Source of the DNA: an uncultured Armatimonadia bacterium
GTDB taxonomy: Bacteria > Armatimonadota > Zipacnadia > CAVVLO01
DNA: 64,000 bases
Reading direction: 5' to 3'
Assembly (NCBI GenBank): GCA_963749155.1
Contig: CAVVLO010000001.1
Coordinates: forward strand, 576,001 to 640,000
Notes under the pieces: generated by a model
Told to the model about the DNA's origin: nothing
Databases searched by the model: none
What the model saw: only the letters and a program-made list of their open reading frames with translations
Made by a program: the position numbers and the translations under genes
Part shown: piece after piece, positions 29,423 to 38,797 of the stretch
Layout of the letters: each line of letters starts with the position of its first letter
How positions within the stretch are numbered: position 1 is the first letter of the stretch

Positions 29423-31090
29423 ATGAGCCTGAGAGGGAAGCGGCAGTTTGGAGCCAGGGTAACTGGGCTTGTGATAGCAGGCCTTCTGCTGGCAAGCGTA
29501 ATCGTAATGGCAGCCGGCGGGAACGTGTCAGTGGACATGAAAGACGCGGACCTGCAGGAAGTATTGCTGCTGATGGCCCAGGAAAGCGGGCAGCAGATCG
29601 TAATCCAGGACGGAGTCGCCGGGCGGGTAACGGTAAGCCTGTACGACGTGCCGCTGGAGCGGGCCCTTGAGCTAATCCTGGCGCAGACAGGATTCAGTTG
29701 GACCAAAGAAGCCGACGCCTACATCGTAGGGCTGAAGCCGGCCGAGCCGGTAGCGGCGGATATGCCTGTGCGCGAGGCAATTGCCGCGGCCAGCAGCGAT
29801 GTGTCGCCGGCCTATGTGCCAGCCGGGCAGGACCTGATGGGCCTGCTGTTCGGCACCGGGGCGAACGTGCCTGAGCCGTCGGCTTATCCGATGGGGATCA
29901 GCGCGCCTCCCTCGGCGGAGATCGTGACGGAGAAGCTGCGGCTGAGCTACATTGACTGTCGGGACTTGCTTGCTTATATGGCGGGCGGGGAGACTTTCAG
30001 CCACCAGTTCCTGGCGAGTCGCCGCGGCGAGAGCAAAGGCGGGGGCAACGTCTACGGCGGGGACAGCAGCGGCGGCGGGACCGTGGGCGTATATGGCCAG
30101 TTTGGCGGCCGCAGCAGCAGTGGCCAGAGCGGTCGGAGCGGCCAGAGCGGGGGCAACTACCAGGGCACTGGCGGTCGGCAGAGCGGCGGCTTCGGCCAGA
30201 GCGGTGGCGGAATGGGCGGCGGCGGGTACGGTATGACCGACCTTTTGCCGGCTGGAGTCTCGGCGCCAATGGCCTATGACATCGAAAACGCGGTAATCAT
30301 CAGCGGGACGCGGGAAGGGATCGACCAGTTCCGCGAGCTGGTGAAACTGATGGACATCCCGCCCAAGCAGGTACTTATCACGGCGGAGTTCCTCGAGGTA
30401 AACACCAGCGACACGGAGTCTTTCGGTATCGACTGGCGGTTCTTCAACGGGGGAGAGCTGGACGTGTCCATCCTGGGCGCGCCAGGCGGCCAGAACACTT
30501 CGGTGAAGTATGCGAAGGGGAACTTCCGGGCAACGCTGGCGGCGCTGAAGTCGCAGGGACGCGGGCGAGTAATCAACGCTCCGCGAGTCGCGACCATCAA
30601 CAACTTCGAGGCAGAAGTGGACTTCACGACGGAATATCCTTACTGGACCGCGAGCGTGACGTACAACGAGTTCGGTCAGCGCCAGGTGGACTACGAACTG
30701 GAGACAACCGACGTTTCGACTTATCTGTATGTGCTGCCGCGGATCAACGGGGACGACTCGATTACGGTGTACGTGGAGCCGGACATCGAAGAAGTGGTAG
30801 GAACGGCGACAGGCCCGGACGGGCAGACGCAGCCGATCATCGCCTCGCGTAGCGTAAGCAGCTATATGAGAGTGAAGGACGGCGAGACGATCGTACTGGG
30901 CGGGCTGATCACGCAGAACAAGCAGGAGTCGATCCGCAAGACGCCTATCCTGAGCGATCTGCCTTTGATCGGGCGGCTGTTCACCTCGAAGGAAACGAGC
31001 TTCGTGGACACGGAGCTGCTGATCTTCCTGACCCCGGAGATTTTGCGGGACGAGACGACCGAGAAGTACCGCGAGGCCTTGATGCAGTAG
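29423..31090 (+). CDS. Outer-membrane secretin (GspD/PilQ superfamily)
   Basis: STN domain, N3 (...LVKLMDIPPKQVLITAEFLEV) and secretin signature VKDGETIVLGGL...PILSDLPLIGRLF...ELLIFLTPEIL. Confidence 0.93.
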   Translation: MSLRGKRQFGARVTGLVIAGLLLASVIVMAAGGNVSVDMKDADLQEVLLLMAQESGQQIVIQDGVAGRVTVSLYDVPLERALELILAQTGFSWTKEADAYIVGLKPAEPVAADMPVREAIAAASSDVSPAYVPAGQDLMGLLFGTGANVPEPSAYPMGISAPPSAEIVTEKLRLSYIDCRDLLAYMAGGETFSHQFLASRRGESKGGGNVYGGDSSGGGTVGVYGQFGGRSSSGQSGRSGQSGGNYQGTGGRQSGGFGQSGGGMGGGGYGMTDLLPAGVSAPMAYDIENAVIISGTREGIDQFRELVKLMDIPPKQVLITAEFLEVNTSDTESFGIDWRFFNGGELDVSILGAPGGQNTSVKYAKGNFRATLAALKSQGRGRVINAPRVATINNFEAEVDFTTEYPYWTASVTYNEFGQRQVDYELETTDVSTYLYVLPRINGDDSITVYVEPDIEEVVGTATGPDGQTQPIIASRSVSSYMRVKDGETIVLGGLITQNKQESIRKTPILSDLPLIGRLFTSKETSFVDTELLIFLTPEILRDETTEKYREALMQ

Positions 31091-31123
31091 ATTGCAAGCC
31101 TCAGATGGTTCTCTGATATAAAG

Positions 31124-31147
31124 CAGCGCCGCCTTCGGGCGGCGCTG
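31124..31147. terminator. GC hairpin with UUCG loop after the secretin
   Basis: CAGCGCCGCC-TTCG-GGCGGCGCTG; the U tail is weak. Confidence 0.7.
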
Positions 31148-31164
31148 GTTCTAGGCAGGGGCAG

Positions 31165-31193
31165 TTGACAGGCTTCGAGTGAAGATATAGCTT
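31165..31193 (+). promoter_or_regulatory. Candidate sigma70 promoter for ilvE-mcsA-mcsB
   Basis: TTGACA-N17-TAGCTT. Confidence 0.6.
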
Positions 31194-31246
31194 AGAAGGT
31201 TCGAGCAGCGGTTCGATTACCAGCAGCAGGTGGCAAGGTGACAGAA

Positions 31247-32128
31247 ATGAGCGAGCGACTAGTCTATGTCGACGGGCAATTTGCTCCAAAATCCGAGGCG
31301 AAGATCTCGGTCTTCGATCATGGGTATCTTTATGGAGATGGCGTTTTCGAGGGCATCAGGGCCTATTCGGGACGTATCTTCAGATTGGAGCAACACATAG
31401 AGCGCCTTTATGATTCGGCGCGCACCATAGCGCTGGAGCCACCAGTCAGTCCAGATGAGCTTATGCGGCTGACTGCAGAGACTGTCCGGGTGAATGAGCT
31501 TACGGATGCTTATATCCGCCTTGTGGTTTCACGCGGCAAGGGTGACCTGGGCCTCGATCCACGTAAATGTCCGGTGCCGACTATCGTCATTATCGCTGAT
31601 TCTATCCAGCTTTATCCTGAGCACTATTATGAGCAAGGGCTTGAGGTTATCACCGTAGCGACGAGGCGGAACCATCCAACAGCGCTGAGTCCCAAAGTGA
31701 AATCGCTCAACTACCTCAACAACATAATGGCAAAAATCGAGCTTAATCGGGCTGGCATGCCCGAGGGTCTGATGTTGAATGCGGAAGGTTATGTTGCAGA
31801 GGCTACGGGAGATAATGTCTTCCTGGTCAAGCACGGCAAGTTGTTGACTCCTCCCGAGTATGCTGGATTGTTGGTAGGAATCACTCGCGAGGCCGTTATG
31901 GAGCTGGCTGCACAGCGGGGATATGAAGTGCAGGAGCGACTGTTTACACTGCATGATGTCTATTGTGCCGAAGAGGCTTTTCTTACTGGTACCGCGGCTG
32001 AGGTTATCCCCGTGGTAAAGATTGATGGGCGCCCAATTGGAGAAGGTCAGGTAGGCTCGATCACCAAAGAGCTTATTCAGGCTTTCCGCCAGCTAGTAGT
32101 GAGCGAGGGGTATCCAGTTTACGACTAG
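31247..32128 (+). CDS. ilvE: Branched-chain amino acid aminotransferase
   Basis: YGDGVFEGIRAY, KSLNYLNN, LVGITR and TGTAAEVIPV motifs. Confidence 0.96.
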   Translation: MSERLVYVDGQFAPKSEAKISVFDHGYLYGDGVFEGIRAYSGRIFRLEQHIERLYDSARTIALEPPVSPDELMRLTAETVRVNELTDAYIRLVVSRGKGDLGLDPRKCPVPTIVIIADSIQLYPEHYYEQGLEVITVATRRNHPTALSPKVKSLNYLNNIMAKIELNRAGMPEGLMLNAEGYVAEATGDNVFLVKHGKLLTPPEYAGLLVGITREAVMELAAQRGYEVQERLFTLHDVYCAEEAFLTGTAAEVIPVVKIDGRPIGEGQVGSITKELIQAFRQLVVSEGYPVYD

Positions 32129-32151
32129 AATGGGAAGACGAGGCTGCCAGA

Positions 32152-32628
32152 TTGTTGTGTGAGGTTTGTGGCAAGGCCAAGGCCGTAGTGGTAATCCGCT
32201 TCCTGCTGGAGGGCAAGGAGAACACTGTCCATGCCTGTCGCAAATGCAGCGCGCAGGTTATGGCGGTAGGACTGGAGGCGCTTTCTGGCACATCTGCCGA
32301 GGGGGCCAGGCCGAAGGTTGAGGAGCAGGAATACTGCCCTCGTTGCAAGGCCTTGCTCACCCTGGGAGAGGCCGGTCAGTTGCCTGTACTCGGCTGCCCT
32401 GACTGTTACGACTATCTACCCGAGGCGACTCGCAAGAGACTGGCTGAATGCCAGGGCGCCGTTCGGCACCTTCCGATTGAACTGGTTGCCTCAGAGGCTG
32501 GAGGCGAGTTAGCCTCGCTGCTGCTTGAGTACCAACTCGCTATCACTCAGGAAGACTACGAGCGGGCCGAGGAATTGCGAGTACGACTTGAGCAGGAGAA
32601 GCCGGTCGAAGACGGCGATAACAGATGA
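32152..32628 (+). CDS. mcsA: McsA-like CXXC/UVR protein
   Basis: CEVC, CRKC, CPRC and GCPDCY motifs, UVR motif EDYERAEELR; lies upstream of mcsB-clpC. Confidence 0.85.
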   Translation: MLCEVCGKAKAVVVIRFLLEGKENTVHACRKCSAQVMAVGLEALSGTSAEGARPKVEEQEYCPRCKALLTLGEAGQLPVLGCPDCYDYLPEATRKRLAECQGAVRHLPIELVASEAGGELASLLLEYQLAITQEDYERAEELRVRLEQEKPVEDGDNR

Positions 32629-33671
32629 GCGCTTCTGAGACTGGTCTAAAGGGGCCGCTCAGGGCATATGTTGCGAGGCTCATTGCATCAGAGGGCCCTG
32701 GGATCGTTGCCCGGAAGCAAGCTCGAGTCCACCGCAACGTGGCAGGACTACGATTTCCCGCATCGGCTGCGCCTGATGAGCTGGCAGAACTCACCGCGCG
32801 ACTGCTTGAGCTTGTGAAATCTCCCGAGTCTCCACTTCCTCTGGCTGGCTGGTGGGCGGACGAACTGCCGGTGCCAGAGCAACGCTTGCTAGCCCAACTG
32901 GGACTGGTTTCCGAAAGTACTGGCGCCTCTGCGATTGCGCTTGACCAGGAAGGAAGAGTCGCTGTCGCGCTGCAGCAGTCCGATCACGTAGAGTTGGCTG
33001 TGCCTCTTGTGCCGGGAGAGGAAGCGGCAGCACTGGCTCTCCTCGGCAAGTTGGAGAACTGGCTCGAGGAGCAGGTCGGATTTGCGATATCCGCCGAGTT
33101 TGGTTATCTGACAAGTGAGCCATACCTGGTAGGCACAGGCTTCAGAGTCAGTTTTCAGGCGTTACTGACCGCTGTAGGCGCCCTGGAAGAAGTCGCACAA
33201 GCCAGACGTGAAGCCGAACACGCAGGTTGCGTGCTGGTGCAGCGACCGCCGGATGATGATTTTGCTGCGTATTTTCAAGTCGCCAGCCGCCAGAGCCTTG
33301 GCCTAGGCGAGGAGAAAACACTTGAGTTGATAGACGGGTTGGCTGGCGAACTGACAGCCCAGGAATTGAGAGCGCGGGAACACCTGCAGGCTTCAGAGCG
33401 TCTTAACTATGAGGACACAGTGTACCGAGCCTGGGGCCTGCTTACCAATTGCCGGCTGCTGGATGAACAGGAAGCCTTGCAGTTGCTTGCGGATTTAAGT
33501 CTTGGGGCCGGAATGCCGAACCCCTTGTATGTAGATGGCGGGCTGATTCAGGAGCTAGCTTTCAAGGTGCAGGCGGCCTGGCTCGAGTTCGAAGCAGGAG
33601 AAGAACTCGAGCCTGCAGAGGCTGATTGGCGAAGAGCTATAATGGTTCGCCAGGCTTTCGGGATGGTATAA
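32625..33671 (+). CDS. mcsB: McsB-like protein arginine kinase homolog with degenerate active site
   Basis: RN..GLRFP, GYLTS.P..VGTG.R, EDTVYRAWGLL and DWRRA match McsB; NEEDH and CPTN motifs are replaced. Confidence 0.82.
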   Translation: MSASETGLKGPLRAYVARLIASEGPGIVARKQARVHRNVAGLRFPASAAPDELAELTARLLELVKSPESPLPLAGWWADELPVPEQRLLAQLGLVSESTGASAIALDQEGRVAVALQQSDHVELAVPLVPGEEAAALALLGKLENWLEEQVGFAISAEFGYLTSEPYLVGTGFRVSFQALLTAVGALEEVAQARREAEHAGCVLVQRPPDDDFAAYFQVASRQSLGLGEEKTLELIDGLAGELTAQELRAREHLQASERLNYEDTVYRAWGLLTNCRLLDEQEALQLLADLSLGAGMPNPLYVDGGLIQELAFKVQAAWLEFEAGEELEPAEADWRRAIMVRQAFGMV

Positions 33672-33672
33672 T
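33664..33672 (+). promoter_or_regulatory. Extended -10 promoter for clpC overlapping the mcsB stop
   Basis: TGGTATAAT; a second TATAAT lies at 33638-33643. Confidence 0.55.
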
Positions 33673-33775
33673 CAAAGAGACAGGATGCAAGAGGCCACGC
33701 AAGCCCGTCGCGACACCCTTTTTCTAAGTGACGGTTGAGTTACAGGCCCCTCTCGTCTTGTGGAGGGACATAGGG

Positions 33776-36248
33776 ATGCAAATGTGGGAGATGTTTACAG
33801 AGAAGGCCAAGAGAGCGGTTGTAGCCGCTCCGGAGGAGGCCCGGCGCGTTGGCAGCGCCCAGGCCGACACGGAGCACCTGCTGCTTGGCATTCTGAAAGA
33901 GGACGATAGCGGCGCTGCTGCCATCCTGGAGCGGCTTGAAGTAGACACGGATCTGCTAACCCAGGAAGTCGAGGCGCAGAGCGAGACCACGGCACGTTTT
34001 CCCGTTGAGGGGAGTGTGCCGCTCTCTCCGCGCGCCAAGCATGTGCTGCAGATGGCACTTTCCGAGGCTAAAGGACTTCATCATAACTATATCGGCACCG
34101 AGCATATTCTGCTGGCGCTCGCGCGCGAAGGTCACGGCCTGGCGGCGCGTATACTGCGCGATTTTGGCGTGGACGCCGAGATGGTGCAGAAGGAGATAGT
34201 CGAGTATCTGGGTACCGGCAAGCCAGTAAAGTCGGGCGAATCACGTTCTGATACTCCAGTGGTGGACCAGTTCAGCCGAGATCTGTGCAAGCTGGCCAAG
34301 CAGGGCGAACTGGATCCGGTCATCGGTCGGGACGCCGAGATTGAGAGGATTATCCAGATACTGGCTCGGCGCACGAAAAATAATCCTTGTCTAATTGGCG
34401 CTCCTGGCGTTGGCAAGACGGCCATCGTCGAAGGGCTTGCGCAGCGCATAATCGCAGGCGACGTACCCGAACCGCTCAAAAACAAGCGGGTAGTGGCACT
34501 GGATTTGGCTTCGGTAGTCGCGGGCACCAAATACCGGGGCGAATTCGAAGAGCGACTCAAGAAGATAATGGACGAAGTGCGCGCCGCGGGCAAGACCGTC
34601 ATCTGCTTTATTGACGAGTTGCATACGCTGGTCGGAGCTGGCGCGGCTGAGGGCGCTATGGACGCCTCCAACATACTGCGTCCAGCGCTTGCGCGCGGCG
34701 AGATGCGTTGTATCGGCGCGACGACGATGGACGAATATCGCAAGTATATCGAGAAGAACCCCTCACTCGAGCGTCGCTTCCAGGCAGTGCAGGTGCGCGA
34801 ACCGACAGTTGATGAGACTATAGAGATAATCCGGGGCCTGCGCGAGAGTTACGAGCAGCACCATGGGGTGCGTATCTCGGACGAGGCTATCTCGGCTGCG
34901 ACCAAGCTTTCGCAGCGATACATCACCGACAGAGCCTTGCCTGACAAGGGCATAGACGTCATTGATGAGGCGTGCTCGCGCGTGATGCTGAAGTGGGCCA
35001 TGCCTCCTGCAGAATTGCGGGGCAAGGTGAAGGAGCATTCTCGGCTCGTTCGCGAGAAGGAGCTGGCGGTACGCCAGAACGAGTTCAAGCGCGCCGGCCG
35101 GCTGCGTGACAAGCAGCGAGAGCTGGAGAGCGAAATCGAATTCGAGACTGAGTCATGGCGCGAAGCCGGAGAGAAAGCCGAGAAAGTCGTCGGCATCGAG
35201 GCCGTCGCCGAGGTAGTCTCGGGGTGGACTGGAATCCCCGTGAAGGCGCTTTCGATCGAAGAGATGCAGAATCTCCTGCGGATGGAAGAGGCGCTTCACA
35301 AGCGGGTTGTGGGTCAGGAAGAGGCAATCGGGACGGTATCCAGGGCTATCCGGCGCAGCTATGCGAAGGTAAAAGACCCAAGCCGGCCTATTGGCTCCTT
35401 TATGTTCCTGGGTCCGACGGGCGTGGGTAAGACCTTGCTGGCGCGCGCGCTGGCCGAATTTCTTTTCAACGATGACTCCGCGATGGTGCGGATAGATATG
35501 TCCGAGTATACGGAACGGTTCTCCGTGTCGCGACTGGTCGGCGCGCCTCCTGGTTATGTGGGATACGATGAAGGCGGCCAACTGACCGAGTCGGTGCGGC
35601 GCAGGCCATACTCTGTCATCTTGCTGGATGAGATCGAGAAAGCTCATCCCGACGTGTTCAATATGCTGCTGCAGGTGATGGACGACGGGCGGATGACCGA
35701 CTCGCAAGGCAGAGTCGTCGATTTCAAGAATACAGTAATAATAATGACCAGCAACCTCGGTCTGCACACGACCGACTGGCGCACTCCGCTCGGATTCAGG
35801 AGTGGCAAGAGCGATCAGCAGGAGAGTCGCGATTACGATGATATGAAGTCGAAGGTACTGGAGTCCGTAAAGAAGACTTTCAGGCCCGAGTTCCTTGAAT
35901 CGTCTCGATGCGTCGGTAGTCTTTAAGCCGCTGACAAACGAGCAACTGCGCGACATCGTGGAGCTGGAGCTTGCGCGACTTGGCAAGCAACTTTTGGAGC
36001 AGGAACTGACTCTCGTTGTCAGTGATGCCGTGAAGGACAAGCTTGCAGCTGAGGGCTTCGATGCCAACCTGGGGGCTCGTCCACTCAAGCGAGCCATCCA
36101 GCAACTGATCGAAGATCCACTGTCGGAAGCTTTGCTTTCGGGTACCTTCAAGCCAGGCGATGAGGTTGTCTGTTCACTGGAAGGCAGCGCCGTAGTGGTG
36201 AAGCCGCAAGATCAGGAGCCGGTCTGCGCTAGCGAGGAGACTTCGTAA
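33776..36248 (+). CDS. clpC: ATP-dependent Clp protease ATPase ClpC, +1 frameshift at ~35894-35897
   Basis: Two Clp-N repeats, GAPGVGKT and [11 protein letters not shown]-type M domain, LGF loop; FRPEF continues as LNRLD...GARPLKR in the next frame. Confidence 0.95.
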
Positions 36249-36279
36249 TCTAAGCGTTTACAAGAGGTAGTGCCACTTA

Positions 36280-37656
36280 ATGGCCAAAGCGACCAGGCAG
36301 TTTGTCTGTCAACAATGCGGACATGTGATGGCCAAGTGGATGGGACGTTGCCCCGAATGTGACGAATGGGAATCCATCGTCGAAGAGACACGTCCAGGGG
36401 CAGATCCACGCAGAGATGCAGGCAGTGGACTCGCATCGCCCGCAAGGGCGGTCAGACTGGGCGATGTAAGCCTTGATGACTCAGAGCGCCTTGTAACGGG
36501 TATACGTGAACTCGACCAGGTACTTGGCGGCGGCCTGGTGCCAGGATCGGTGATATTACTAGCTGGAGAGCCAGGGATTGGAAAATCCACCCTGGCTCTT
36601 CAATTTGGGGTACAGCTTCTTGCGCAAGGCAAGTCGGTGCTCTATATCTCGGCAGAAGAATCGGTTAGCCAGCTTAGACTTCGCTCTGAGCGCCTCGAAC
36701 TGACCGCGAACGAGTTGCTTACCCTCTCCGAGATAGACCTCGATATGGCGCTGCAGGCGGCGGCTCAGCTTGCCCCTGACGTGCTGGTTATCGATTCCAT
36801 CCAGGCGGTCTACGATCCAGGGCTTGAAAGTGCCCCTTCGACTCTCTCCCAGGTACGCCAGACCGCCAACCGGATAGCCCAGTTTGCCAAGCGGACCGGC
36901 ACAGTCGCGGTGTTGATTGGGCATGTCACCAAAGAAGGCTCAATCGCTGGTCCCAAAACACTGGAGCACCTGGTGGATGTGGTGTTGTATTTCGAGGGGG
37001 AGCGAACCAGCAGCTATCGGATGCTGCGCGGAATGAAGAACCGATTTGGTTCTACCGAAGAGCTAGGGCTGTTCGAGATGACCGAGCGAGGGATGATAGA
37101 GGTCACAAACGCGTCGGCGCTGTTTCTTGCTAACAGGGCAAAGGCTGTGTCAGGCAGCATCGTGACGTGTACAATGGAAGGTACCAGACCACTGCTGGTC
37201 GAGTTGCAGGCGCTCACCTCGTCCAGTTGGGCAGGCAGCGCCAGACGCCTTCTGGCAGGGATAGACTACGGGCGCGGCAGTCTAATGATAGCTGTGCTGG
37301 AGAAACGCGTAGGGCTCAGCCTGGTCGATCAGGATGTCTATGTGAACGTTGCAGGTGGCTTGAAAGTGACGGAACCGGCAAGCGACCTGGCAGTATTACT
37401 AGCAATTGCGTCAAGTTACAGGGATGTTTCAGTCAACGGCGAATTGATTGCTGTGGGGGAGGTCGGGCTTGCTGGGGAAGTCCGGCCAATACCGAAACTC
37501 GGACGGCGCCTGACGGAGGCGCAGAAACTGGGTTTTAAGGAGGCGCTAATCCCGGCGGCTAGCCTGAACACCGCGCTTAAGAGCGAATTTCGCTCTATAA
37601 AGTTACGAGGGGTGGCCACCGCCGAGGAAGCCTTGCAGCAGGCCGTAAGCAGATAG
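36280..37656 (+). CDS. radA: DNA repair protein RadA/Sms
   Basis: C4 zinc finger, GEPGIGKST, KNRFG and a Lon-like C-terminus. Confidence 0.98.
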   Translation: MAKATRQFVCQQCGHVMAKWMGRCPECDEWESIVEETRPGADPRRDAGSGLASPARAVRLGDVSLDDSERLVTGIRELDQVLGGGLVPGSVILLAGEPGIGKSTLALQFGVQLLAQGKSVLYISAEESVSQLRLRSERLELTANELLTLSEIDLDMALQAAAQLAPDVLVIDSIQAVYDPGLESAPSTLSQVRQTANRIAQFAKRTGTVAVLIGHVTKEGSIAGPKTLEHLVDVVLYFEGERTSSYRMLRGMKNRFGSTEELGLFEMTERGMIEVTNASALFLANRAKAVSGSIVTCTMEGTRPLLVELQALTSSSWAGSARRLLAGIDYGRGSLMIAVLEKRVGLSLVDQDVYVNVAGGLKVTEPASDLAVLLAIASSYRDVSVNGELIAVGEVGLAGEVRPIPKLGRRLTEAQKLGFKEALIPAASLNTALKSEFRSIKLRGVATAEEALQQAVSR

Positions 37657-37672
37657 TATAGGGGGGAAGCTT

Positions 37673-38797
37673 ATGGGGCTCAAAGCAGCTTTTACAGTTT
37701 ACGCACTAGGCTTCATCGTAGTCTTGGGACTTGTAGGACTGAATGTAGCCCAGAACTATCAAAATACCTTTGCCACACCTTCAGACCAATGGGCACTAGC
37801 CCTGGCTTGCTCGCTGGTTGGCTTCGTGTTCGGCGCGTACAGCTTCAATAAACTCGTAATTGTCTTCCAGAATATGGGCAAGATGGCTCTGAGAGATCGC
37901 ATCCTCGGAGTGTTAGGGCTTTCACTTGGCGCTTTGCTTGCTTTCCTGCTGATGCCTTTGGTGCAAAACGCTGGCGACCTGGCAACCCCACTTTCTTTGC
38001 TAATGGTTATTGTGCTGGTCTTTGTGGCTATCGGTTTCGCTCTCAGTATGCGCGATGAGATAGTGCGCATCTTCCCACGGCTTGATGAGGTCGACCATGA
38101 ATCTTCCGCAGCAGTGAAGTTGCTGGATACCAATGTAATTATTGATGGACGGATTCTGGATGTCTGGGAGACGGGTTTCCTGGAAGGGCCGATGCAGGTG
38201 CCAGATTTTGTTTTGGCGGAGCTACAGCATATCGCAGATTCGGCCGATGATCTTAAGCGGTCACGCGGAAGGCGGGGGCTGGAGATCCTGAGAGAACTCC
38301 AGAAGAAGAGCGCAGGCCGGGTAACCATACTCAGCAAATATCCCTCAGAGGCCAACTCGAAGGAGGCGGTCGACCTGCGGCTGGTCAAGCTGGCCAAAGC
38401 AATAGGCGCCTCCATTGTGACCAATGATTTTGGTCTGAACCAGGTGGCCAGCCTGCATGCGGTGACTGTGCTCAACATCAACGAGCTGGCAAACTCGCTC
38501 AAGCCTGTTGTTTTACCTGGCGAGGTGATGGTGGTCACAATAGTGCGGCATGGCAAAGGCCCCAAACAGGGGGTTGGCTATCTGGACGATGGCACTATGG
38601 TTGTTATCGAAGGGGCTCGAGAGCATATCGGCGATACCCTGGAGGCGACTGTTACCAGCGTCATACAGACAGTAGCTGGCAAGATGATATTCGCCGATAT
38701 CAATCCCGAAAGTCTCAACAAGGAACTCACGGATGCCGAGCAAAATATCAGCAGTTATTCCGGCAGCAGGTCAAGGAAGCCGGGCGGGCAACAATAA
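37673..38797 (+). CDS. Membrane PIN/TRAM domain protein (YacL-like)
   Basis: Four TM helices, LDTNVIIDGRI, RGRRGL and QGVGYLDDGTMVV. Confidence 0.93.
   Translation: MGLKAAFTVYALGFIVVLGLVGLNVAQNYQNTFATPSDQWALALACSLVGFVFGAYSFNKLVIVFQNMGKMALRDRILGVLGLSLGALLAFLLMPLVQNAGDLATPLSLLMVIVLVFVAIGFALSMRDEIVRIFPRLDEVDHESSAAVKLLDTNVIIDGRILDVWETGFLEGPMQVPDFVLAELQHIADSADDLKRSRGRRGLEILRELQKKSAGRVTILSKYPSEANSKEAVDLRLVKLAKAIGASIVTNDFGLNQVASLHAVTVLNINELANSLKPVVLPGEVMVVTIVRHGKGPKQGVGYLDDGTMVVIEGAREHIGDTLEATVTSVIQTVAGKMIFADINPESLNKELTDAEQNISSYSGSRSRKPGGQQ

Noticed and set aside
28688..31090. One long secretin broken by a stop, since both ORFs share a frame
   Set aside because: There are two in-frame stops (TAG 29369, TGA 29390), and the second gene has its own SD, signal peptide and STN domain.
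31198..31216. GGTTCGA direct repeat as a LexA box or T-box in the ilvE leader
   Set aside because: Spacing is GTTC-N8-GTTC rather than N7, and the leader is too short for a T-box.
33776..36248. clpC (and carA) as pseudogenes
   Set aside because: Each has a single indel with all motifs intact on both sides.
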